Assembly: GCA_964016885.1 (NCBI GenBank)
Contig: OZ024740.1
Coordinates: 338,768,001-338,832,000 of the forward strand
Source: Eledone cirrhosa
Lineage: Eukaryota
Length of the DNA stretch: 64,000 nucleotides
Direction of reading: 5' to 3'
A model generated the notes under the pieces. The model ran no database searches. It saw nothing but the letters and a program-made list of their open reading frames with translations, and was not told the DNA's origin. Shown one piece after another: positions 14,225-25,139 of the stretch. The translations under genes and the position numbers were made by a program. How positions within the stretch are numbered: position 1 is the stretch's first letter; each line of letters starts with the position of its first letter.

Positions 14225-14289
14225 CATACATACATATATATACATAGATATATGCACACACCTAAAAAGTCTAAAGTCTGTTTTAAGCC

Positions 14290-14547
14290 AGAAGGTTCAT
14301 TTGGCCGGTGCTTATCCCGGTTTCATGGCGGGAAGCGACTGAGAGTACAAGACTACCCTGGACAGGACGCCAGTCCATTGCAGGGTTAAACCCCCAGCTA
14401 TTGATGGTACTCATTTTTCAGCTGACTATACTGGAGCAACGTGAAATGAAGTGTTTTGCTCAAGAACACAACATGCAGCCCAGGAATTGAACCAAGACAT
14501 TATGATAATAAGCACAACACCCTTACCACTAGGCCACGTGCCTCCAC
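14290..14547 (-). mobile_element. tRNA-derived SINE (second family)
   Basis: The minus strand has an A box TGGCCTAGTGG and a B box GGTTCAATTCC. Degenerate relatives lie near 30085-30205, 36820-36975 and 47735-47850. Confidence 0.65.
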
Positions 14548-14574
14548 AGCATGCATACATACATACATACATAA

Positions 14575-14976
14575 TGGCTGCAACACGATTTCGACCAATT
14601 CTATCGCTTGATACTTAAGAAAATGTCACATATCAAGTGATGCCTGTGCTTGAAACTTCTTTAATTGAGGAAAGGCTTTGCACGGAACCAATCCCACCCT
14701 CTCAGCATCCAATGCATTTACCCCAAAAGTAGAACTGGTCTACATCATTGGATTGCAGGTGATCTTCTCCCAGAGAAATGTCGTAATGATGACGAGGGGG
14801 TAGGGTGGTCTCACTCCAATGCTTCCCTAAAAAAAAAAGAATTAAACATTATTGGATAGCCGTTGACTCTCATGAGTTCCTCCACCCTTTGACATGTTTT
14901 GTTTTTTCATTCCGTAGGGGGCGATAACTTTTCATGGGCGGGTTCACGCTGTCACCGTTAGCCTCTGCCTACACGC
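14575..14976 (-). mobile_element. Diverged RTE-derived element (family D)
   Basis: Shares blocks with families A and B (GAGTCAACGGCTATCC, CTGGGAGAAG, GAGAGGGTGGGATTGG). Its 5' head matches 6683-6730. CATA lies on both flanks. Confidence 0.6.
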
Positions 14977-15156
14977 ATACATACACACATATATATACAC
15001 ATGCATATATATACATACAAACGTACAAACATGTAACCTGCATACATACATACATGCATGCATACACTCATACATACATACATACATACATACACTCATA
15101 AATACATACATACATACATACATACATACATACATACATACATACATACATACATA

Positions 15157-15372
15157 CAACCCGCTTGGACCAATGTATAACTGAACTTGGATTTTCGGAC
15201 AAAGAGGGCAGCTCCCTAATTCATAGTCTATAAATGGCTGCGATAGCTGGCACCTTCAAAATTTGCAGAACATTCTTGCGATTCAAGGGATGACAATTTC
15301 TTTTCTTTTACAACCTTGCCACCAGGAAGGTGGCCGGTCAAAAATATACTCGAAATTAAGAGAAAGAGATAG
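15157..15372 (+). mobile_element. 3' fragment of a second R4-type family
   Basis: Near-identical to 18047-18265, with CATA on both flanks. Confidence 0.85.
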
Positions 15373-15381
15373 CATACATAC

Positions 15382-15732
15382 ATGATGGCTGCCCCCTCGT
15401 TATCGAGTAAGGCCATAGCACTATATACCATTATTAATAACTATTAATTAATTCTATTGTGCAATGCCTGTGCATGAAGATATTTTTTAAAGTGAGGAAA
15501 GACTGTGCACTGTGCCAATCCCACTCTCTGAACGACAGTAGCTATGACGCGAAAAGAAGAAAAGATCAACATCATCGGTAACTAAAGAGCCGCAGGTTTT
15601 ATATCGGAGTTATCCCAGTTTCCTGAGTTGCCTTCTCATAGAATAATGCTCTGACAAAGGCTAGGGGTCCTTCACTCCCAGTGGTTTAACTGTGCGATCG
15701 GGTGTCCAGCCCGACTATTTCTATGTCCCCGC
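15382..15732 (-). mobile_element. RTE derivative family B
   Basis: Reverse-complement match to 4428-4778. Confidence 0.8.
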
Positions 15733-15792
15733 ATACATACATACATACATACATACATACATACATACATACATACATACATACATACATAC

Positions 15793-16402
15793 ATGGTGGC
15801 TGCCAACTCGTTTTCGAGTACGGTCACTACTTTATATCCATGTAGGAGAACCCCTACCGATGCGCAGAACGAGTGTGAATTTTTAGTCCAGCCAGCGACT
15901 TGAAAACTCTGGTACAAACACTACACTTGTGACAATTATTGACACATAGTGCTGGGCCCATGGTACCATGTGACGACAAGTGCAGAGAGATCTCCAGATA
16001 TAAAGCAATGCCTGTGCCGTGAAGCTTTTATAGTGAGCATAGGCACTGCACAAAGCCAGTCCCACTCTCTTAACCAAGATGATATTTACCAAAAAGAAGA
16101 ACAAGTCAACATCATTGGATACCATCAGAGTTGCAGGTGTTATATTGGAGTTTTCCTTCTCCTAGAATTCTGCCTTGACAAAGGCTAAGGGGTCATCTCT
16201 CCCGGTGATTTTGGATGGCCATTGACTCTTAACAGTTCCTTTGCCCTTTGACAGGTTTTATTTCTAGTCCTGCAGAATGTCCAAAGTCACCCTCCACGCC
16301 AAGAAACCTTGGTGGGGTTGCCAGTTTAGTCGCCAACGACCCGACCATGAGACAGGTTGTACTGGGATACATGTTACCAGTAGCACCATCTGGTGACCTA
16401 AC
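15793..16402 (-). mobile_element. RTE derivative family A, longest form (about 610 bp)
   Basis: Comprises a 5'UTR-like part, a terminal zinc-finger relic, a 3' stem-loop and a TATG tail. Confidence 0.82.
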
Positions 16403-16522
16403 AAACAATATATATACATATATACAATAGATACATATATATATACATACACACATACACATGCATACACATATATATATACATACATATGCACACATAT
16501 ATATACATATACATACACATCT

Positions 16523-16561
<39 letters not shown>

Positions 16562-16578
16562 CATATGCATACATACAT

Positions 16579-17186
16579 ATGGTGGCTGCCAACTCGTTTT
16601 CGATACGGCCACTACTTTATATCCATGTAGGAGAACCCCTACCGATACGCTGAACGAGTGTGACTTTTTAGTCCAGCCAGCGACTTGAAAACTCTGCTAC
16701 AAACACTACACTTGCGACAATTATTGACACCTAGTGCTGGGCCCATGGTACCATGTGACGACAAGTGCAGAGAAATCTCCAGATATAAAGCAATGCCTGT
16801 GCCGTGAAGCTTTTATAGTGAGCAAAGGCACTGCACAAAGCCAGTCCCACTCTTTTAACCAAGATGATATTTACCAAAAAGAAGAACAAGTCAACATCAT
16901 TGAATACCATCAGAGTTGCAGGTGTTATATCAGAGTTTTCCTTCTCCTAGAATTCTGCCTTGACAAAGGCTAAGGGGTCATCTCTCCCGGTGATTTTGGA
17001 TGGCCATTGACTCTTAAGAGCTCCTTTGCCCTTTGACAGGTTTTGTTTTTAGTCCTGCAGGATGTCCAAAGTCGCCCTCCTCACCAAGAAACCTTGGTGG
17101 GGTTGCCAGTTAAATCGCCAACGACCCGACCATAAGACAGGTTGTACTGGGATACATGTTACCAGTAGCACCAACTGGTGACCTGA
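16579..17186 (-). mobile_element. RTE derivative family A, longest form
   Basis: Direct repeat of 15793-16402 with scattered substitutions. Confidence 0.82.
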
Positions 17187-17310
17187 CATACATACATACA
17201 TACATACATACATACATACATACATACATACATACATACATACATACATACATACATACATACATGCATGCATGCATGCATACATACATACATACATATA
17301 TACATATTTA

Positions 17311-17478
17311 CATTGTTGTAGAAACGTGCTATAAATATCCAAGGGTTTAGAGCACTCAGTCTGTAGGACGAGTTATGTAGAATAGGTTACAACATTCTGT
17401 CTGCCATACTGTGATGGGTATTCCATCACAATATGGCCGCTACCGGGTGTCCATTCCGACTATGTCTATGTCCCCGCG
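17311..17478 (-). mobile_element. Short element family C with a GCGGGGACAT head
   Basis: The head is shared with family B and the body matches 3753-3878. Confidence 0.7.
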
Positions 17479-17530
17479 CATATACATATACATACATATG
17501 TACATGTGTATATACATATTTACACACTTT

Positions 17531-17706
17531 GGGATGGCCGTTGACTCTTATGAGTTCTTCCGCCCTTTGTCAGGTTTTGTGTTTTGTCCTGCAAGGTGTC
17601 CAAAAATCACCCTCCTCCCCAAGTAAACTTGGTGGGGTTGCCGGTTTAGTCGCCGACGACCCGACCATGCGACAGGTATTACCAGTAGCACTCAAGAGTG
17701 ACCTGA
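17531..17706 (-). mobile_element. Diverged 5' module of the family A lineage
   Basis: Aligns to 16999-17186 with substitutions and an internal deletion. Confidence 0.7.
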
Positions 17707-17735
17707 CATACGTACATACATACATACATACATAC

Positions 17736-18265
17736 TTCGGAAAACAAAATTAACAACAAACGAGGAAGAATATATTGAGACAGATGGCACTAAGGAATAC
17801 TGGTGGAACTTGAAAATAAAAACTGCCACCAAATTAAAGCACAACCGGCCTGATATTGTAGTTTGGGACCACACATTGAAAACGTGTTCTGTTGTGGAGA
17901 TCAGCTGCCCAATTGATGTAAACGTTGTCAGAAAAATACAGGAGAAGGAGGACATCTACGGACCATTGATGAGGAGTTTACAAATCCAGTATCCAAGATG
18001 CACCTTTAGCTTCATACCCATCATTATTGGTGCTACGGGTTATATACCAACCCGCTTGGACCAAAGTATGACTGAACTTGGATTTGCGGACAAAAAGCGC
18101 AGCTCCCTAATTCATAGTCTACAAATGGCTGCGATAGCTGGCACCTTCAAAATTTGCAAAATATTCTTGCGATTCAAGGGATGACAATTTCTTTTCTTTT
18201 ACAACCTTGCTACCAGGAAGGTGGCCGGTCAAAAAAATATACTCGAAATTAAGAGAAAGAGAAAA
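17736..18265 (+). mobile_element. 3' portion of a second R4-type family (RLE endonuclease domain plus 3'UTR)
   Basis: ORF 17810-18184 reads KHNRPDIVVWD...VVEISCP...IPIIIGATG. CATA lies on both flanks. Confidence 0.9.
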
Positions 18266-18339
18266 CATACATACATACATACATACATACATACATACAT
18301 ACATACATACATACATACATACATACATACCATATATAG

Positions 18340-18525
18340 GTTGAATTTTGACATATGACGGAAAATGACAACTGACGGTGTTTCGCGTCGTAGTTGAACC
18401 AAGGTGAAGTACCAATATATTTTCCCAAACAGAAACTGCATCAAAAGAAGATTGAGGTTACCGTTTGGTGGTTGGCATGAGGAATCATCCGCTATTAGGT
18501 TTCGAATAAAACCTCATTCTGAGCT
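18340..18525 (+). pseudogene. Mariner transposase relic
   Basis: Translates FPKQKLHQKKIEVTVWWLA*GIIRY*, resembling the mariner FPKPxLHQKKxMVTVWW motif. An upstream ILTYDGK resembles IVTCDEK. Confidence 0.75.
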
Positions 18526-19244
18526 GTAATATAATGTTTTAGAGTCGATGTTTATAGACATTTAATATTTATAATAAAAATTTAATATTCTAGTTTTATA
18601 GCTTTTTAATGTACTGTATATATTTGTGATCATTGAAAGGACAGTAGAATGCCCCTTTTCACATTGGAAAGAATTTCTCTGGACAGGAAGTAGTGGAAAG
18701 GTTTTGTGGATATATAACTGTTCAAAGATTTTGTTGGGATTGTGCAATTAATAAGAGATGTGAGCGTGATGAGCGTATATTTAATCAAGGTACGAAATGG
18801 GGGGGGGGGGGGGGGGGTAATTACTGGTTAGAAGAAAACTAATTACCATTGTATTAATTACTAGTCACGACGTATTTCTTCTGCTAGTGCATGACTTTAA
18901 CGGAAACACGAGCATTCCTGGGTTCTTTAATTCATCACGAATATATACTAAAGACTCAATATGTGGTATACTGCGAAATGGTCAGTTGAAGGTATTCCTC
19001 ACCCTAGGCTCAGGAACAGATCTAATCAAACAGGCCGACGTTGAGGGGTGTTCCAGACGTCACTACCCTATCTTTTATTCAAAATATTGTATATATGACT
19101 ACATCATCTAGTGTCTCGACTTTTTAAGACAGCAAAGTATGATTTAAGAGAAATTTGGGCAGCCTGTTGATTTGAGGCTACTTTCTTTGGAGTTTCACAC
19201 ACTGATTTTGCTATTATCAGGGGTCAAATATTTCAGTATCCAGC

Positions 19245-20172
19245 TAACCAACCAACCAACCAACCAACCAACCAACCAACCAACCAACCAACCAACCAAA
19301 TCTCCAACCAGCCTGCCAACAACCCAATCAACCACCCAACCAGCCAGCCAGCGAGCAACCCAACTAAGAAACCATTCAGTTAACCAACCAACCATCCAAC
19401 CAACCAACCATCCAACCAACCATCCAACCAACCAGCCAACCAGCCAACCAGCCAACCAGCCAACCTGCCAACCTGCCAGCCAGTATCCCAGCCAACCATG
19501 CACCCAACCATCCAACCAAACAGTCATCCAACTAATCAACCAACCAACAACTGAACCAGCCAGCCAGCCTGCCACACAATCAAACGCCCAACCTAACAAA
19601 ACAACTTCGCAACTAACTAGCCATCCACCCAGCCAGCCATCCAAACAATATACCACATATCCAACCAACTGCCCAACTATCCAATAAATCGTCTACTAAT
19701 CTGCCAACCACCCTGCCACCAAACTAGCCAACCAGCTTTCCAGCCACATAACCATCGAACTAACCAACAATCATAAAACCAGCCGGCCAACCAATCGAGC
19801 ACCACACAACAACCCAGCCATCCACCCAATCAACCAATCAACAAGCCATCCAAACAACTAGACACACAATCAACCAACGACACAAGCACCCAACTATCCA
19901 GCCAAACCTTCAACCAACTAACCAACCAACCAACTAACCAACCAACCAACTAGCCAGCCTACCAGCCAGTCAACCTGCCCCCCCCCCCCCCCCCCCCTCC
20001 CCCAAACCAACCAACCTCCCCCCAACCACCCAACAGCCACCCAACCAACAGCCACCCAACCACCCAACAGCCACCCAACCAACCAACCACCTGCCACCCA
20101 ACCACCTGACCAGCTACCCAACCCCCCAAAAGCCACCCAACCAACTAGCCTACCAGTCAGCCAGCCTGCCAA
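19245..20172. repeat. Degenerate (CCAA/CCAG)n microsatellite
   Basis: Direct inspection. Confidence 0.9.
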
Positions 20173-20231
20173 CTAATGAGAGCAGGGATGCCGTGTTGTG
20201 TATGTCTGGAATCAAGACACTTAACTTTCAA

Positions 20232-20398
20232 CAACTGACGACGCCATGCTTTGACGCATAGAGTTACGGCCCTTGCCATTCTGAGTTCAAATCCCGCCGA
20301 GGTTAATTTTGCCTTTTATTCTTACGGGGTCGATAGAATAAAGTACCAGTAATGCACTGGGTAATTGCTGGCTTTGTGCCAAAAGTAGAAACAATTAT
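20232..20398 (+). mobile_element. tRNA-derived SINE, main family (head truncated)
   Basis: B box GAGTTCAAATCCC, a central GCCTTT..TACGGGGTCGATA..AAGTACCAG block and the shared tail. Confidence 0.8.
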
Positions 20399-21597
20399 TT
20401 AGTTATTAATAGATGTCACAGAGTGGTTTAATTAGCCAATGGACGTAATGGCAACACTGTTGTTGTTATTTAGCTCCATGAAAATCCTATTGACCATCCC
20501 ACACATGACCATCCTGACTTTTGTTTTCAAGCACTGTTCTCCGGATTACATAATCATCTGTGTTCTTTTATAAGAAGATTTGGCTGCCATATCTGATAAT
20601 CAAGCGATCATTGTGGCTCCTTCGTTAACTCTGCAATGATATTGAAGAATTAATAATTGATTCGTTCGTATGCAATGTTGAGCAGGAAAATATGTATGCA
20701 ACAGACTATGGCCTTACCCAAGGGGATCCGTGAGATTGTCTTTCATTTATTATATGTCACAGGAAGTAACAAACACCGTTGAAGTTTTGGGCGCAGACAT
20801 GGTTGTGTGGTTAAAGATGTCCCTAATCATCTTTCAGGTTTTATCAGACTGCCACTTTAGACAACTATCTTTTACGAAAGCCCCGAGACAAGCAAAGAGA
20901 TTTTCGGTGAATTTGATACGCAGAATCTGTGGAGAAACTCCTCAAAGAGGCTGATTCTCTTTTTGAGTAGTAGACCTAACCTGTCACTCGGTTTAAAACT
21001 ACCCTCAACTGCCTTTAACAGTGTCCAATTTGTTTCAAGCTTTCAAGTAAGGTCACCAGTTTGGGAATAATTTCCTTCGTTCCACTCCCCAGTCCCTGTG
21101 AAAAAAGGGGATCAGAATTATTTCATTTGAACAGGCTATTAAAAGCAAACAAAAAAAGAAAGGAAGAAAGAAAGAAAAAGCGTAGTTATTTTTTTAAAGG
21201 GTTCAACCATCCTTTAATGCCAATGAAGTGAGATTTGGCTGTTATTTCGAGTAGGTCCACCGACACGTAGAGACCACAGACATTATATCAATTTGATATT
21301 TATGATGTGGCAAAGTGAAGTTAAATTATGTTTAATGAAATATCTTGATCAAAGACACGATGAAACAACTTCCGCGTGATTTGAACACATAATGCGTCAG
21401 TGGTTTAATAGCTGAATACCGTACCGTCTTAATCAACTCACTCAAAAGGTTATTGTCTCTCTATATAAAGAACTTCTTTAAACTTCAACAATCATTATTC
21501 TTTTGTCTAGTTATATCGAACATCATCGGTGAGAGCTTCGAGTTCAGAGAAGAAAGAACACCTTTTGCCATAGGATCGAGCATATTACAAAAAGTAC

Positions 21598-21671
<74 letters not shown>

Positions 21672-22572
21672 CAACAACAATAGTAATGATAACAATAATG
21701 AAGAAATAAAATGAAGCAAAAAAACTCACACATACGGTTCCATAATAACTATGGCTTTCTATGTGCAAATGATGCCAGCAGTCAGTCGAGAAGTATTATC
21801 CTCATTAAGCGGTCAGATAACGAGATATGGTGAATTTTGCATCAGTTTTCATCTGATAATTTTATCACTGCAATACCTATTTTTATTCTGTGGACATAAA
21901 AAATAGCCATAAAACCAACATTGGCTTTCTAGTCCAATATATAAGATTTCCTGATATAATAAAGACAAAAGATGAAGGGAAAAAGAAAGAAACTAAAAAC
22001 TAAAAAAATAAGTACGGACGAGGTTGTAAAAGAAAAAGACATCTCTGTTTATATTTTTGAATAGATAAGAATTTTGAAAGTGAGATGAATTCTGCAGGGA
22101 GTCATAAATTGAGTGTGAACGGTTATGGTCGAGGGAGAATCATGAAAGCAAAGAGTCTGCTTCAGATAATTCTAGCTTCATTATAAATCCATTGAAATTC
22201 AACAGATACAGACAAGAAACTAACTAAAACAACTTAAGTTCTTCATTTCACAATTTTTGTCGGAATCTACCGCAAATTTCTCTAATTCTTTACATTCTCG
22301 CTGTTTCTCTTCAATTTTTTTATTTATTTTCAATTTCCATTTCTTTGTGCACGGGTGCATTGGGGGTATTTGTTAGTCTTTATTCGTTCCTGTATGTCTT
22401 TATACTTTTTGTTTGGGACTGTCTTCTATGTGATATCTTTTGTCGATGTATTAACGAGTGTTTACACCTGTCTGTGCCTCAGCATGCATGTGTGTATGTG
22501 TGTGATACCCGTGTGTATATATCTATGTATTGTTTCTCTTTTGCTATTTAGATATATATATATCTATATCTA

Positions 22573-22621
<49 letters not shown>

Positions 22622-22622
<1 letters not shown>

Positions 22623-22928
22623 ATGGCCCGTGTGAATGGGCCTTCACTCTACATCAGACTATAGGTGAGGAAGATGAAAGACCAAGGGAGCACCCCTTCT
22701 CTGTGCTCCTGAGGAGAAGGGTTGCACACTTTTTTCGGGGGTGTGTGCGACCCCCCAAGGCGCCTCCTCTCTATTGAGGATTTTGTTAAAAATTTTATTT
22801 TTTGTTATATCTTATTTTATTTTTATATTTTGTTATTGCCTCCTCCTTATTGAGGACGCCTTTTTGTGTAAACTCCCCCCTTTGTACTTGTCCCACTTTT
22901 GATGCCCTAGTGGCAAATAAAAGAAACA
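22622..22928 (+). mobile_element. 5'-truncated 3' end of a Tx1/L1-type LINE
   Basis: Homologous to 28522-28780 (end of ORF2, 3'UTR, AATAAA) and preceded by (TATC)n. Confidence 0.85.
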
Positions 22929-23089
22929 TATCTATCTCTTTCTCTATCTAGCTGTCGTCTGTTCTACAGTGTGGATGTAATTCACTTCGCGCAGAAGTTT
23001 TGTTCAAATTTATTACGGAAATTTTGTGAGTTCAAATTTAATTTTGATACCATTGTGTAGCTTGACCCCCCCGTCTGAACTGTCAGACG

Positions 23090-25139
23090 GTGGGTCAGCT
23101 CATCTTTACCCCTCCTAGAGGTGAAAAACCTGTTTTCTTAAAATTTTGTGGCAAAAAAAAAAAAAATGTTTTCAATCGTCTGACAGAAATGTTAAACGAA
23201 GCGAACGAAAATAGTGGTGGGGGGACAGCGGTAAGAGTTGTCAGCTCGCACGCTTTAGTCCCCCCTTCCTTCCCAACTAACGTCATAGAGAAGGAAGGAA
23301 AAATTAAAATAAAAACAGACGAATCTGCGGAGAAAAATGACGAAAACACAAATCTGGACATGGATTCCAACAACGAAAAAAAAAAATTTGAAAAATTGCA
23401 TGACAATACTAACACCACAAACAAAGACACAACAAACACAAAAATAACATTTGAAAATAACACCATAACAGAAAGCAAAGCAGACGACAGAGTCAAGATT
23501 TCGTTTGCACAAACAACAAAGAAATCTTTGACTTATATACCCGAAAATATTTCAGATGTGGCACGAAGAATCACAGACGCCAAACAATACATAAGTGAAG
23601 GAGAGAATGGTATTTTATCGGTAAAAATGTCTCAAGAATTCACCAAAGACATTGAAAGTCGAACGGTCGTATTCCGCACCATCAACAACACTACAAAAAA
23701 ACCTGAACAGCCTTCTCAAGCAGATATCAAAACAGTACTCACAGAAGTACTTAATGAAACCACTTTCATAAGAAAAGACAGACTGTATGGAATCCTAGCA
23801 ATTATCATGAAGAACGAATCGGCGGCAAAAAAATGTGCTTTGTCACCGATTCGTTCGAAAAATTTTACCTTTTATCCATCTTATATGGGTAAAAGAACTC
23901 AACGCATATGGCTGGATGCAATGATGCCAGATGTGGACTACTGATGGCTCATAGCTGGCTTCATCAATCCAGTGAATGACAACGTGATTTCCATTGGGAA
24001 AACCACAGGCAATGCGTTCAGTGGAACAGGTATAGAGCTGGGAGTGCAAATGAAGCCTGAACGCATCGCCCAAATACCCGACAGAATCCTATTAGAGGGC
24101 CACGGGTATATAAACATTAGCGTGGAGGGGAGAAGGCCGTCCTGTCATATCTGTGCAGGCAGAGGGCACCTGAAGGCCGCTTGTCCCCAACTCAACAAAA
24201 AGAAAACCCTGCTACCAACACCAGCTCCACCACCACCACCACCACAACAGATAAACAAACAACAAAACTCAGTCCCACCCAACCCATCCCTCAGTAAAAC
24301 CACACCACCACCACAACACAAACAGTCACAACACATTACCCCAAAACAAAATACAGGCCCACCCAACCTCTCACTCAATAAAACAACACAACCACCGCAG
24401 ACACAACACACAACACAGTCTAACATAGTGACATCCATCTCCCCCACAAAGAAAACCAACACGGAAACATTACCAGCAAACATACCTCTTCCCTCCAACA
24501 CTGAAGATAACCCAACGAATTCGGAGGAAGAAACGGAGTCCTTCAGACAGATTAAAAGGAAAAAAAAGAAAACATGTGCAAAACACACAAGGCCAAACAA
24601 CCCCCACCCAAATCTCAACACAATCCAACAAAACAGAAAACACCCCTCCAGCAACAAACAAAACCAAACCTGCCCCTCCCCTCTTCGAAACACTCACACC
24701 ATCCGAAAAAAAGACATTACACTATACCTACATCAACAGAAACAATAATAAATTAAATGAACTCATAAACAATAATCCTTCGGTACAAACCGAAGGTGTA
24801 AACTTTGTTTCTTCAGAAAACTACCCACATTTAAAATGAATAAAGATCCCAATGAACCTCTACCAAAAACTAAAAAAGGATTTTAAGGAGGACGTAGGAC
24901 CACCCTCTGTCAAACCCATAAACCGCGTCCTACTAAAAAGCTCTCCCCCTCCCCTTCCCCTCCCCAACACAACTCCAAACACCCCAACCCCACCACACAC
25001 TGACGACCCCACACCACCACAAGACACCCCTTCACCCAACATCCCGACCCCATGGAAGTCGTGCAACCCGAACCCCGGGAAGCGGAAAGGTAGGTCTCTA
25101 CACTCTCCTTTGGCTCTGCCGCCCACATGGATGTGTTAA
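23090..25139 (+). pseudogene. LINE ORF1 (gag-like, zinc knuckle), disrupted
   Basis: CHICAGRGHLKAAC knuckle. In-frame TGA at 23942 and 24837 and a frameshift in the A-run near 24565. The end overlaps the ORF2 start by 13 nt. The true start codon is uncertain. Confidence 0.8.

Noticed and set aside
3444-17350. Many ORFs with MYVC, YIHT, IYIY or poly-I/Y runs
   Set aside because: They are translations of (TATG)n, (TA)n and (TAA)n microsatellites, which lack stops in some frames.
19172-19687. 171-aa QPTN-rich ORF
   Set aside because: It is a reading of the (CCAA)n tract and has no domain.
23942-23944. In-frame TGA in LINE ORF1 as readthrough or selenocysteine
   Set aside because: The element has other stops and a frameshift, so ordinary decay explains it.
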